A stretch of DNA of 64,000 nt from a bacterium. GTDB taxonomy: Bacteria; UBP14; UBA6098; 4484-93. Made by a program: the position numbers and the translations under genes. The DNA lies in the NCBI GenBank assembly GCA_021158465.1, contig JAGGUN010000027.1, positions 369 through 64,368 of the forward strand. Direction: 5' to 3'. Shown one piece after another: positions 19,131 to 29,306 of the stretch; position 1 is the first letter of the stretch, and each line of letters begins with the position of its first letter. The notes beneath the pieces are model-generated. The model did not search any database and had not been told where the DNA came from. It worked only from the letters and a program-made list of their open reading frames with translations.

Positions 19131-20375
19131 TTATTTTTGTTCTGCTTTTCTCCGCCTCAAAAATGCTGGGACATCGAGGTCATCTGTGGGAATGTCCTTG
19201 AAATCGGATGCAAAAAGCAGGTCAATACCAACCGGCTCTTCCGGCTCCTGTTCAGCAGGAGCCACCTGTCCTGGCTCCCCAACGGGCTCCATTTCGATGG
19301 TCGCAGAAGGAGCAGGCTCCCGCTTTCTACTGGTGCTCAGCTCCGCCTCCCTTGGAAAACGAAGATAGCCTCCTTTCCCAAGTGTCTTGGATTTCTTCTT
19401 CTGGAACCCAGAAACAATCACTGTCACCTTTATCTCTTCGCTCATATCCTTGTTGATGATAAGCCCGGTCTTTGTCATCGTCTCTCCAACCTTATTCTGG
19501 ATAAACTCGCAGGCACTGTTGAACTCCGCAAACCGTATATCTCCTCCCATAACATTCACAAGAAGACCCTTTGCCCCTTCGATAGAAACATCCTCGAGCA
19601 GCGGATTGGTAATAGCCTTCTTCGCCGCTTCTATGGCGCGGTCCTCCCCGGAAGCGGTTCCTACACCGATAAGGGCATTTCCACCAGAGTTTTTGATCAC
19701 ATTCTTAACATCGCTGAAGTCGAGGTTAATGTCTCCGTTGAATGTTATCAGGTCGGCTATCCCACGGACAGCATCGCTCAAGACAGCATCAACCTTCCGA
19801 AAGGCTTCATCCACCATAACATCATCGCCGACGAGGGAAAGTAGCCTCTGGTTTGGAATCGGGATGAGCGCATCCACGGTCCCTTTAATCTCCTCAAGTC
19901 CGGAATCGGCGATCTGAGCCCTCTTTTTACCCTCGAACATGAACGGCTTGGTCACAATAGCAACTGTCAGAATACCAAGCTCCTTGGCAATCTTAGCAAT
20001 TATTGGAAGCGCACCAGTCCCAGTTCCTCCACCGAGACCAGCAGCTATAAAAGCCATATGATACCCCTGCAGCTCGTCCGCTATCTCATTCTTGCTCTCC
20101 TCAGCAGCCTTCCGACCGATCTCCGGATCGCCACCTGCACCAAGCCCCTGCGTGACAGCCTTCCCTATCTGAAGAGTTCTCGGCTCCTTATTGAGGCTCG
20201 CTCCAAACTCATACAAATGCCTCAGCGCCTGAAGGTCCGTGTTCACAGCAAGGTAATCCACTCCAGCGATGGAGTCCTGAAGCATCCGCTTTATTGCATT
20301 CCCTCCTGCACCGCCGATACCAACAACCAACAACTTGACAACCAGTTCCTCCGTTTTTGCTTCTTCAAATGTCAT
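19131..20375 (-). CDS. ftsZ: Cell division GTPase FtsZ
   Basis: LLVVGIGGAGGNAIKRM and the tubulin signature GGGTGTGALPIIAKIAKELG. Confidence 0.95.
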   Translation of the reverse strand: MTFEEAKTEELVVKLLVVGIGGAGGNAIKRMLQDSIAGVDYLAVNTDLQALRHLYEFGASLNKEPRTLQIGKAVTQGLGAGGDPEIGRKAAEESKNEIADELQGYHMAFIAAGLGGGTGTGALPIIAKIAKELGILTVAIVTKPFMFEGKKRAQIADSGLEEIKGTVDALIPIPNQRLLSLVGDDVMVDEAFRKVDAVLSDAVRGIADLITFNGDINLDFSDVKNVIKNSGGNALIGVGTASGEDRAIEAAKKAITNPLLEDVSIEGAKGLLVNVMGGDIRFAEFNSACEFIQNKVGETMTKTGLIINKDMSEEIKVTVIVSGFQKKKSKTLGKGGYLRFPREAELSTSRKREPAPSATIEMEPVGEPGQVAPAEQEPEEPVGIDLLFASDFKDIPTDDLDVPAFLRRRKAEQK

Positions 20376-20390
20376 ATTACACCTCCTATA

Positions 20391-21626
20391 TTAAAATTTC
20401 TTTTTCAGCCATCTTGTCAAAACACCGAGAAGCCCTCTTTCTTCCTTTCCTTTCTTTGACGCTGACTGTTTTTCCTCGGCAACCGAGGAACTGAGAAGAA
20501 CCGTCCCCACAGAGGAAGAGTAAGCAGGAGCATTGACAAGATTTGACATTCCACCAAGCCTCGTTGGGAAACCTATCCGCACAGGCAGTCCAAAGAACCT
20601 CTCGGCAAACGGAACAATACCGGGCATTTGGGAGCTTCCACCAGTGAGAACAACCCCCGTGACGAGCTTATTGTATAGATTCTGTTTCTCTAACGCCCCC
20701 CTCACAAATGAGAAGATTTCCTCGAATCGAGCCTCGATTATCTCACCGAGGAACGACTTCTTTACCCTTCTCGGCTCCCTCCCAGCAATACCCGGAATAT
20801 CAATGCTCTCCTGATTATCAGAAGGAATAAGAAGCTCTCCATGCTCAAGTTTCAGCCTCTCTGCTTGCTCGAAGGGCAGAACACATCCAGCAGCTATATC
20901 CCTGGTTACGCTATTCCCGGCGTAACCGAATATGTGAATAAATTTCATCTTTCCTCCGAGGAAGACAGCTGTTTGGGTAAGCCCAGCACCGATATCAACA
21001 ACCGCCACTCCCATATCACGCTCCTCAGGGGTCAGGGTTGCAACAGAGGATGCTTCTATCCCCACAAATGTATCCGAGAGACCAAGCTCCAACCTTGCCA
21101 CAGCATGCCTTATATTCTCCAGTTGCGTCTTCCCGGCGGCTATAACCGTTGCATCGACCTCAAGGCGAACAGCCGTCATCCCAACTGGGTCCTTTATTCC
21201 TTCCTGACCATCAACAACAAAGCTCTGGGCTACGCAGTCCACTATCTCACTATCCGCTGGAACAGCAACGGCTTGCGCCGCCTCGATAACCTTCCTAACA
21301 TCCTCATGGGTTATCTCCCCCTTCTCACCCGATGCAACAGGATGAACTCCCCTGCTCTGAACGCACCGGATATGCTCACCTGATACACATGTCGAAACAG
21401 AGTTAATCCTCACATCCGCCATCGTCTCAGCATCCAGAACTGCCTTCTGAACCGATTTCACCACCTTCTCCAGATTGACTATGTTCCCTTTCTCCACACC
21501 CTCTGTCTTCGACTCACCGAACCCTATGAGCGTAAGACTTCCGTCAACATTCCGCTCACAGATGAGCACCGCCGTTTTGGAAGAACCCACATCCAATGCA
21601 GCCAAGAGAAGCGGTTCCTGCTTCAT
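20391..21626 (-). CDS. ftsA: Cell division protein FtsA
   Basis: Actin-fold motifs LDVGSSKTAVLICE ... VVDIGAGLTQTAVF ... VVLTGGSSQMPGI. Confidence 0.9.
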   Translation of the reverse strand: MKQEPLLLAALDVGSSKTAVLICERNVDGSLTLIGFGESKTEGVEKGNIVNLEKVVKSVQKAVLDAETMADVRINSVSTCVSGEHIRCVQSRGVHPVASGEKGEITHEDVRKVIEAAQAVAVPADSEIVDCVAQSFVVDGQEGIKDPVGMTAVRLEVDATVIAAGKTQLENIRHAVARLELGLSDTFVGIEASSVATLTPEERDMGVAVVDIGAGLTQTAVFLGGKMKFIHIFGYAGNSVTRDIAAGCVLPFEQAERLKLEHGELLIPSDNQESIDIPGIAGREPRRVKKSFLGEIIEARFEEIFSFVRGALEKQNLYNKLVTGVVLTGGSSQMPGIVPFAERFFGLPVRIGFPTRLGGMSNLVNAPAYSSSVGTVLLSSSVAEEKQSASKKGKEERGLLGVLTRWLKKKF

Positions 21627-22375
21627 AATACACCTTCCTTACCAGGTTTATCTTTATACCTTACAATCAGTTGGTTATCAAACCTCGCATCTATGCACTT
21701 TATATCCGTTTCCCGCCTTATCTCCTCCATCACAGCGGAAATCCGCTCAACCCCATCCTCAATATCCGCCGGGTCAAGATAGACCGGACAGCGCATAGAG
21801 ATAAGGAAGAAAAACGGTCTGGTCGTATCAGAGACATTTACCTCCGAAACATCCTTTATCAGGCTTGCCCGCCTCAACTCGGAGATAATCGAACAGGCAA
21901 GCCGAAACGGGGATGAAGTAATCTTCCTATAGCACCAGGAACGGTCTATCCCTTCTATTCCCGTAATAAGCGGCACATCTGGCAATGTGCAGTTTCTGGC
22001 GAGAGGAAGAAGCTCACCATCCGCCGTTACACCGTAAAGCCGCTCGGAAAGGAGTAGGTATCTTGGACGTTTCTCCTCAATTATTATCCTTATCCCCCCT
22101 GGTAACCTCCTGTGAATGGAGACATCTTCAATCCGCCTATCCTCCAGGATACGGGAGCGAGAGCGCTCGAGTAACGGCTCAAGGAAAACATTCTCCCCAA
22201 CAGATAAGCCTGAGACGGAAATTATCATATCCTCATCGAGGGATAGAGAACCCACCACCTCCACAGAGGTTATATCGAAAAGAGGAGAAAGTCCGACTGC
22301 TACTCCCCCAGAAAGAAAGAGAAATACAAACAGGAGTGCTCGAAAAAACCTCTTTTTCCTCCTAAAACCTGCCAA
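21623..22375 (-). CDS. ftsQ: Cell division protein FtsQ/DivIB
   Basis: Single N-terminal TM followed by a POTRA-like segment (FDITSVEVVGSLSLDEDMIISVSGL). Position is between murB and ftsA. Confidence 0.7.
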   Translation of the reverse strand: MAGFRRKKRFFRALLFVFLFLSGGVAVGLSPLFDITSVEVVGSLSLDEDMIISVSGLSVGENVFLEPLLERSRSRILEDRRIEDVSIHRRLPGGIRIIIEEKRPRYLLLSERLYGVTADGELLPLARNCTLPDVPLITGIEGIDRSWCYRKITSSPFRLACSIISELRRASLIKDVSEVNVSDTTRPFFFLISMRCPVYLDPADIEDGVERISAVMEEIRRETDIKCIDARFDNQLIVRYKDKPGKEGVL

Positions 22376-23273
22376 CCGTCACCACCTCCAGCGAGAGAGC
22401 AATTTGGGTCTTTTCAAAGACCTTGTTCCTCACAAGATTTATGAGGTCATAAATGTCCGACGCGGTCGCATTGCCAGTGTTCACGATGAAGTTCGCATGG
22501 ACCGGCGACACCTGCGCACCACCGACCCTTTTCCCTTTTAAGCCAAGCCAGTCGATTATCCTACCTGCCGAATCCCCGGGAGGGTTCTTGAATACGCACC
22601 CAGCAGAACGCATATCGAGAGGCTGATTCTTCCTTCGCTTCTCAAGGATATCCGAAGCAACGGAGCTAAGAACCGTCTTGTCTCCCGGTGTAAGCTCCAG
22701 ATACACTCCCGTTATGATGAGTTTCTCCTTCCCCTCAAAGCCAGCACGATATGAGAACCTCGGATTATCAATCGTGAGCCTCTCTCCAGAAAACGAGACA
22801 ACCTCAACAGATGCAACCCTATCTCCGAAGAAGGCTCCATACGCTCCCGCATTCATCCAGACAGCTCCACCAACTGTTCCTGGGATACCGGCAAGCTTCT
22901 CGAGCCCAGACAAACTATGCTCTATTGCAAACTCAACCAGCTTGGAAAGTGAAGCACCCGACTGAGCAAAGAGAAGCTCACCATTCTGCTCGACCAGGGA
23001 AAGATTATCAGCAAGCTTTATTACAACACCTTCATACCCCCTGTCGGACACGAGAAGGTTCGTTCCTTTCCCTATAACGATAAACGGAGCCTCTTCCTCC
23101 GTAAGATATTGCACAAGAGAAACGATCTCATCGACATTCGATGGTAGAACAAGCGCGGAACATCTCCCTCCCACACCAAAAGAGGTATGACGGGAAAGAG
23201 GCTCATCAGGAAAGACCTTCCCCCGCGGAAGCAACCGAATTATCCTCTCAACATCTAATCTCAATTTCTGCAC
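22362..23273 (-). CDS. murB: UDP-N-acetylenolpyruvoylglucosamine reductase MurB
   Basis: FAD-binding N-terminus LSRHTSFGVGGRCSALVLPSNVDEIVSLVQ and GGAQVSPVHANFIVN. Confidence 0.85.
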   Translation of the reverse strand: MQKLRLDVERIIRLLPRGKVFPDEPLSRHTSFGVGGRCSALVLPSNVDEIVSLVQYLTEEEAPFIVIGKGTNLLVSDRGYEGVVIKLADNLSLVEQNGELLFAQSGASLSKLVEFAIEHSLSGLEKLAGIPGTVGGAVWMNAGAYGAFFGDRVASVEVVSFSGERLTIDNPRFSYRAGFEGKEKLIITGVYLELTPGDKTVLSSVASDILEKRRKNQPLDMRSAGCVFKNPPGDSAGRIIDWLGLKGKRVGGAQVSPVHANFIVNTGNATASDIYDLINLVRNKVFEKTQIALSLEVVTVGRF

Positions 23274-24661
23274 TTCCTTTTGAGTTCATCAACTATCTTG
23301 TTGCATATCTTCCAGACATCACCGGCACCGAGCGTTATTATCATATCCCCCGGTCGTGCAAGATTGAGAACAAAGCTGGGGATACGGTCTCTGTCCTCGA
23401 TATAGTAGACCTCCCTGTGTCCAAACCTTCTTGCAGCATCCGCAATGAGCTCACCCGTTACATCTTCAATCGGCTCCTCACGGGCAGCGTAAACATTGGT
23501 GACAATAAGCACATCACTCTGAAAGAAGGACTTCCCGAACTCGTTGTAGAACATCTGCGTTCGGCTGTAGAGATGCGGTTGAAAGACCGCTATAACTCTA
23601 CGGTTGTATCCGAGCTTTGCAGCTTGAAGTGTTGCTCGTATCTCCGTGGGATGGTGAGCAAAATCATCTACAACAAGGACACCTCCTATTTCTCCCTTCA
23701 GCTGAAAACGCCTGTAAACCCCGGCAAACCTCCTGACCGCATTCCTTATATCATCAATTGGGACATCAAGCTCAACCCCTACACCAACCGCTGCCAAGAT
23801 GTTCTTTACATTGTGAAGTCCAAGTAGCCGGGACTCAAATCCTGGTATCCTTTTTCCCCTTAACTCGATGTCGAAACGGCTTCCCTTCTCGGAGAAAAAT
23901 AACCTCGTTGCCCTTATGTCTGCCTGTGTGGAAAGCCCGTAGGTTATGATGTTCTTCTCTATCTGCGGGATTATCTCCTGGATGCTTCTCTCATCGAGGC
24001 AAAGAATAACCGAGCCGTAGAACGGGACCTTATTCGCAAACTCGACGAACGCTGCCTTAAGCTCGTCGAAGCTACCGTAACATTCAAGATGCTCAGCCTC
24101 GAGGGTCGTTATAACAGCAATGGTAGGACTAAGCTTCAGGAATGAGCGGTCAAACTCATCCGCCTCGGCGACAAAGTAGTCAGACATTCCAAGCTTCGCA
24201 CCGGAACGGAGATTAACAACCCGCCCCCCAACAACTATCGTCGGGTCAAGCCCTCCCTCCACAAGTATCTCACCAACGATGGATGTTGTGGTGCTTTTAC
24301 CGTGTGTTCCAGCTATGGCTATCCCGTATCTCATCCGCATAAGCTCAGCAAGCATCTCCGAACGAGGGATAATGGGAATACCCTTCTGCTTTGCACAGAT
24401 AACCTCGATATTTGTATCCTTAACAGCAGACGAAACAATCACAACATCGACATTATCACCTACATTATCCGGAGAATGACCGATATGAACAGTCGCTCCC
24501 AAGCTTCTCAATCTCCGCGTCAGATCGGTCTCAACGAGGTCAGAACCGGTTATCCGGTAGCCCATATTCAGAAGTATCTCTGCTATACCACTCATTCCGC
24601 TCCCGCCTATACCGACAAAGTGGAGCCTCTTAACCTTCCCAAACGGTCGAGCCGTTGTCAT
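23261..24661 (-). CDS. murC: UDP-N-acetylmuramate--L-alanine ligase MurC
   Basis: VKRLHFVGIGGSGMSGIAEILLNMGYRITGSD and AIAGTHGKSTTTSIV. Confidence 0.9.
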   Translation of the reverse strand: MTTARPFGKVKRLHFVGIGGSGMSGIAEILLNMGYRITGSDLVETDLTRRLRSLGATVHIGHSPDNVGDNVDVVIVSSAVKDTNIEVICAKQKGIPIIPRSEMLAELMRMRYGIAIAGTHGKSTTTSIVGEILVEGGLDPTIVVGGRVVNLRSGAKLGMSDYFVAEADEFDRSFLKLSPTIAVITTLEAEHLECYGSFDELKAAFVEFANKVPFYGSVILCLDERSIQEIIPQIEKNIITYGLSTQADIRATRLFFSEKGSRFDIELRGKRIPGFESRLLGLHNVKNILAAVGVGVELDVPIDDIRNAVRRFAGVYRRFQLKGEIGGVLVVDDFAHHPTEIRATLQAAKLGYNRRVIAVFQPHLYSRTQMFYNEFGKSFFQSDVLIVTNVYAAREEPIEDVTGELIADAARRFGHREVYYIEDRDRIPSFVLNLARPGDMIITLGAGDVWKICNKIVDELKRKCRN

Positions 24662-25779
24662 TCTATCTCCTCAAGTATGATGTTTGCTATCCTTTCAGCC
24701 GCGTCAGGATGAGCAAAGCTGCGTATCGCCTCCGACATACTATCAAGCCTTTCCTTGTCAAATAAGATTTCTGCAACCTTCTCTTTAAGGAGCTGTGGGG
24801 TCAGTTCTTCATCCCGTATCACGACCGCCCCACCTGATGAGGCAATAGCCTGGGCATTGAGAAGCTGGTGTCCACCTGTCGCATAAGGGTAAGGCACAAG
24901 AACCGCAGGCTTTCCGAGAGACGCAACCTCTGCAAGCGTCAGGGCACCTGCACGGGCAACAACCAGATCCGAGGCAAAGATAAAATCAGCTATCCGCTCG
25001 CTGAAATCGAACATATAGACCGACGACCGCTCCTGCCTCGAGAGAGGAAGATACCGCTCAAGATCAGTTCTCCCCGTCTGCCAGATGAACTGCCACTCTG
25101 TCTTTCCAACAAGCTGTGATACAACCCGGTTCAAAGATGATGCACCCTGACTTCCGCCTGTTACAAGCACGGTCTTTTTCTGGGGTGAGAGTCCAACAGA
25201 CGCAAGTATCTCCTCACGAGTCCCGCTAATCTCCCTCTTCGGTATAGGGTTCCCAGTGAATACTAACCTGCCACTGAGATATTTCGCAGAGTCAGGAAAA
25301 CCGATAAAAGTCATCCTCGCAAGCCTCGAAATCACCCTTGACGCCACACCAGGAATACTGTTCTGCTCTTGAAGAAAAACAGGTCTTCCCATAAGATACC
25401 CCGCAAGCCCGATAGGCACGGATGGATACCCTCCAGCAAGCACAACAACAGAGACCCTAAAACTCCTCAGCTTTTCCATTGCAAAGAGAACAGATAACAT
25501 AAGCCGGAATGGGAAGAGCAAGGTATCGGTTCCAACGCTTCTCGGTAATGGGTAGGAAAGAACAGGGATATATCTGTATCCGTGAGCCTGAATCAGCCTT
25601 CTATCGATTGGACGAGAGGTGGCAAAGAACAATATTTCACACGATGGCGAAAGCCTGACCATCGCATCAGCAATAGCGATAGCCGGGACAAGATGTCCAC
25701 CTGTCCCACCAGCAGCAAAACCTGCTACCCTATGTCCTGAACCTGACATTCCCCTCCCTACGGGCAAGCACCGAGTCAT
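24658..25779 (-). CDS. murG: Undecaprenyldiphospho-muramoylpentapeptide beta-N-acetylglucosaminyltransferase MurG
   Basis: GGTGGHLVPAIAIADAM; GT28 architecture. Start is uncertain (M1 at 25779 or M11 at 25749). Confidence 0.9.
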   Translation of the reverse strand: MTRCLPVGRGMSGSGHRVAGFAAGGTGGHLVPAIAIADAMVRLSPSCEILFFATSRPIDRRLIQAHGYRYIPVLSYPLPRSVGTDTLLFPFRLMLSVLFAMEKLRSFRVSVVVLAGGYPSVPIGLAGYLMGRPVFLQEQNSIPGVASRVISRLARMTFIGFPDSAKYLSGRLVFTGNPIPKREISGTREEILASVGLSPQKKTVLVTGGSQGASSLNRVVSQLVGKTEWQFIWQTGRTDLERYLPLSRQERSSVYMFDFSERIADFIFASDLVVARAGALTLAEVASLGKPAVLVPYPYATGGHQLLNAQAIASSGGAVVIRDEELTPQLLKEKVAEILFDKERLDSMSEAIRSFAHPDAAERIANIILEEIE

Positions 25780-26920
25780 TCAATGGAACCGATACTTGCG
25801 ATGATATGTTCAGAAGTATCCCAACAGATATAAAGTTCACCAAGAGAGCCGTTCCACCGTAGCTGAGAAACGGCAAAGGCAGTCCTGTTACAGGAAACAT
25901 CCCAAGGCTCACAGCCATGTTCAGAATCGCATAAAGCGTTATCATCACCGTCAGACCGAATCCAAGAAGCGTGCCGAAGTAATCCCTGGAGTGAAGCGAT
26001 ATCTTCAGACCTCGGTAGAAAACACACAGGAACAGAACAAGCACAAGGGTCGTTCCAACAAGACCAAACTCCTCACCTATAACCGAGAAGATAAAGTCTG
26101 TATGAGGTCTCGGTAAAAAATACATCTTCTGCTTGCCAAAACCGCTACCAAACAGTGCTCCAGAGGCAAACGCTATAAGTGACTGAAGAACGTTGGACGG
26201 TATCTTCCCCCCTATCAAAGCCTCTATCCTTTCAATAGCATAGGCTGACGACTTCGGAGTGAGAAACATCTTCGCCACAATCCCAAGAACACCAGCAAAA
26301 GCCACACCAGCTATCTTGAGCAGAGGAACATCACAAAGGTATAGCATCCCGAGGAAAAGAGCAAAAATAGCTACTGCTGTACCATAGTTCGGCTCAAGGA
26401 GAACAAGAACAATAATTGCTCCAGAAACAAGGCAGAGCGGCAAAAGGAATCTCCTAAACTCTGTTCGACGGTTGCGGTTCCTGGCAACAAAGTCCGCTAT
26501 GAACAGAACAAGCACAAGCCTGGCAAAATCGGACGGCTGAAACTGAAAAGAGCCTATCTTTATCCACCTGTGAACATCACTGTGCGGAGCAGTAAAAAGA
26601 ACCACAACAAGAGAAACAAGAACGAGAATAAGTCCAACCCATACATACCTGCGCAACTTGTGGTAATCATAGGTGGCAAAGAACAACATAGCAACAATCC
26701 CAATAGCCACCCGGATTAAATGCCCGAACAGATAAAAATGGGGATTACCCAGAGTATCCATCGCACGAACGGAACTGGCAGAATAGACCATAACTATTCC
26801 GATTGCAGTGAGGACAAGCACCACCCGGAGCAACAGATAGTCCATCCTGTTAAGAAAGAGTATCCTATCCTTCAACAATCTTTTGAACAATCTGCTTGAA
26901 CCTCCTACCTCTTTCCTCAT
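25730..26920 (-). CDS. ftsW: SEDS-family peptidoglycan polymerase FtsW
   Basis: Ten-TM SEDS protein (MDYLLLRVVLVLTAIGIVMVYSASS ... FIFSVIGEEFGLVGT...). The ORF-track start at 27082 overlaps murD by 218 nt; likely real starts are ATG 26920 or 26845. Confidence 0.85.
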   Translation of the reverse strand: MRKEVGGSSRLFKRLLKDRILFLNRMDYLLLRVVLVLTAIGIVMVYSASSVRAMDTLGNPHFYLFGHLIRVAIGIVAMLFFATYDYHKLRRYVWVGLILVLVSLVVVLFTAPHSDVHRWIKIGSFQFQPSDFARLVLVLFIADFVARNRNRRTEFRRFLLPLCLVSGAIIVLVLLEPNYGTAVAIFALFLGMLYLCDVPLLKIAGVAFAGVLGIVAKMFLTPKSSAYAIERIEALIGGKIPSNVLQSLIAFASGALFGSGFGKQKMYFLPRPHTDFIFSVIGEEFGLVGTTLVLVLFLCVFYRGLKISLHSRDYFGTLLGFGLTVMITLYAILNMAVSLGMFPVTGLPLPFLSYGGTALLVNFISVGILLNISSQVSVPLNDSVLARREGNVRFRT

Positions 26921-28214
26921 AGTTCTTAAACATATCGAAGCTAGCACACCCAGGCGATAACAGGACAGTATCCCCTGGATTTGCAATAGATACAGCCCTA
27001 AGGACGGCTCCCTCAAGACTATCAGCATACTCCCAGGGAACAAACCTACCAAGAGAAGAAGAGATAAGCTCCTTTGCCTCACCTATAAGTATCATATATC
27101 TTACCTTTTTCCTCGCTTCTTCTTCCAGGAGAAGGAAATTTCCACCCTTGTAGCGTCCACCAGCAATGAGTATAACGGGGGAAGAGAGGCTCTTTAAGGC
27201 AAAAAGCACAGAGTCAATATTTGTCCCTTTGGAATCGTTGATAAAGAGGATTCCGTCCTTCTCCGCCACCCTTTCCAGCCTATGCTCAAGTCCGGAAAAC
27301 CCTCGTAAGAATGAAACTATAACATCATTCGGTAACCCCAGAACGCTTCCTACAGACACAGCAGCAAGATAATCCTGGAGATCACCGGATTTCTCAATCT
27401 CCTTCTTCGAGGCAAACCGTCGGATATGACCAGCGGATGCAATGTAGATCTGATTCCCTTCGACAAAAACCCCCTCACCAACCGGTTCACGCTGGCTGAA
27501 GAAAACCCTTCTGGAACACACCCTACCTTCAATAAGCCGCATAATATTCTCATCATCCTTATTAAGTATCGCCCAGTCAGTTCCTGTTTGGTTTGCAAAT
27601 ATCCGCATCTTGGAGAGGTAGTAGTCCTCGACAGACGGGTAACGGTCAAGATGGTCAGGTGTCAAATTAAGCAGAACGGCAACATCCGGTGAAAATCCCC
27701 TCACCGTATCCAGTTGAAAACTTGACACTTCAAGAACGGATATCGAATCCTCTGTTGTCTGCTCCACAAACCGAGAAAACGGCGTTCCGATATTCCCACC
27801 AACAAAAACCTTCCTCCCTGCCGACTCAAGCATCCCTCCAATGAGTGCAACCGTTGTGCTCTTCCCGTTCGAACCCGTGACAGCAACAAGGGTCCCCTGA
27901 AGGAACTGATAAGCAAGCTCTACCTCGCCTATGATCGGTATCCGCTTGTCAGCGATTGAGGAGATGACCGGTGAATCGAGCGGAACTCCAGGGCTCACGA
28001 CAACAATATCCGCCAAAAGGACTGCCTCCGTGTGTCCTCCAAGTTCACATCTTACTCCGATCTCATCAAGTCGACGGCAAGCCGACTTCTTCTCTTCAGA
28101 CGAGGAAATCTCACTCACAAAAACCGAGGCTCCTCTTCTGGCAAGCAGTCTTGCCGCCGCTTCTCCACTCCTTCCAAGACCAAGAACCACCACCTTCTTC
28201 CCACGGAAATCCAT
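26865..28214 (-). CDS. murD: UDP-N-acetylmuramoylalanine--D-glutamate ligase MurD
   Basis: MDFRGKKVVVLGLGRSGEAAARLLARRGASVFVSE and VAVTGSNGKSTT. Confidence 0.9.
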   Translation of the reverse strand: MDFRGKKVVVLGLGRSGEAAARLLARRGASVFVSEISSSEEKKSACRRLDEIGVRCELGGHTEAVLLADIVVVSPGVPLDSPVISSIADKRIPIIGEVELAYQFLQGTLVAVTGSNGKSTTVALIGGMLESAGRKVFVGGNIGTPFSRFVEQTTEDSISVLEVSSFQLDTVRGFSPDVAVLLNLTPDHLDRYPSVEDYYLSKMRIFANQTGTDWAILNKDDENIMRLIEGRVCSRRVFFSQREPVGEGVFVEGNQIYIASAGHIRRFASKKEIEKSGDLQDYLAAVSVGSVLGLPNDVIVSFLRGFSGLEHRLERVAEKDGILFINDSKGTNIDSVLFALKSLSSPVILIAGGRYKGGNFLLLEEEARKKVRYMILIGEAKELISSSLGRFVPWEYADSLEGAVLRAVSIANPGDTVLLSPGCASFDMFKNYEERGRRFKQIVQKIVEG

Positions 28215-28217
28215 CGC

Positions 28218-29306
28218 CTACCTCACCTTGAATGTCAGAACCGCTAAAAGTGCGAAGATCACACCAACAAGCCAGAACCTAACGACTATCTTGGACTCCG
28301 GAATACCCCTTAGCTCGTAGTGATGGTGTAGAGGAGCCATCAGAAAGACACGCTTCCCACCCGTGAGCTTGAAGTAAGTAACCTGTATAATAACAGATAA
28401 CGCCTCCACCACAAAAACCCCTCCTGCAACCGCAAATGCAAGCTCCTTCTTTAAGAGGACCGCCATAACCCCGAACGCTCCACCAAGAGCAAGCGCACCA
28501 GTATCTCCCATAAAAACACTGGCAGGGAACGAGTTATACCACAAAAAGCCCAAACAGGCACCAGTCAGGGCGCTGGCAAATACCGCAACCTCACCTGCTC
28601 CCGGCAGATATGTTATGTGCAGGTACCTGCTGACATCGGAACGACCACTTATGTAAGCTGCAACAATGAAAAAAGAGGATGTTACAGCAGCAAGACCAAC
28701 AGCGAGACCATCAAGACCATCGGTCAGGTTGATTGCATTAGTAGAACCTGTTACTATAAACATTACCCACAGGATATAAAAGATACCAAAGTTTATTATA
28801 TACTCCTTGAAGAAGAGGACCTCCGTCGATGTGCGCATCGCTGGGTACGGGGGGCGGAAATAAAGGAAAAGCCCAATCATAAGTCCGAGCAGCAACTGCC
28901 ACATCAGCTTCTGTTTTCCCAGAAGCCCATGCCCGTTCCTTCCGAGCACCTTCACATAGTCATCGAGGAAACCAAGGACCCCCATCCAGACTGTGGAGAT
29001 AAGAACTATCAATACATAGACATTGGTAACGTCTGCCCATAGGAGACTGGAAAGAATCGTCGAGAAGAGTATCACAAGTCCGCCCATCGTTGGTGTTCCT
29101 TTCTTGGAGACATGGGAAGGCGGTCCCTCAGGACGGATATTCTCGCCTATGTGCCTCTTCTTCAAGAACCTTACAATCTTTTTCCCAATCCAGAAACTCA
29201 ACACAAGAGCAGTTATAAGTGCCATTATCGTCCGGAAGGTTATGTAGCGGAAGATGTTGAATACAAACATCCTCTTATACAAAGGAAATAACAGAAAATA
29301 CAGCAC
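28218..29306 (-). CDS. mraY: Phospho-N-acetylmuramoyl-pentapeptide transferase MraY
   Basis: Conserved MraY blocks (NAINLTDGLDGLA, HHHYELRGIPESKIVVRFW). The N-terminus LYFLLFPLYKRMFVFNIFRYITFRT aligns with E. coli [26 protein letters not shown]. Start proposed at GTG 29306 (after AAGGGAAG); the ORF-track start at 29420 is a TTG and gives a non-homologous 38-aa extension. Confidence 0.88.
   Translation of the reverse strand: MLYFLLFPLYKRMFVFNIFRYITFRTIMALITALVLSFWIGKKIVRFLKKRHIGENIRPEGPPSHVSKKGTPTMGGLVILFSTILSSLLWADVTNVYVLIVLISTVWMGVLGFLDDYVKVLGRNGHGLLGKQKLMWQLLLGLMIGLFLYFRPPYPAMRTSTEVLFFKEYIINFGIFYILWVMFIVTGSTNAINLTDGLDGLAVGLAAVTSSFFIVAAYISGRSDVSRYLHITYLPGAGEVAVFASALTGACLGFLWYNSFPASVFMGDTGALALGGAFGVMAVLLKKELAFAVAGGVFVVEALSVIIQVTYFKLTGGKRVFLMAPLHHHYELRGIPESKIVVRFWLVGVIFALLAVLTFKVR

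Noticed and set aside
25730-27082. 218-nt overlap between ftsW and murD, suggesting a fusion or frameshift
   Set aside because: The overlap is an artefact of choosing the longest ORF. FtsW homology starts about 55-80 codons in (ATG 26920 or 26845), leaving a normal junction.
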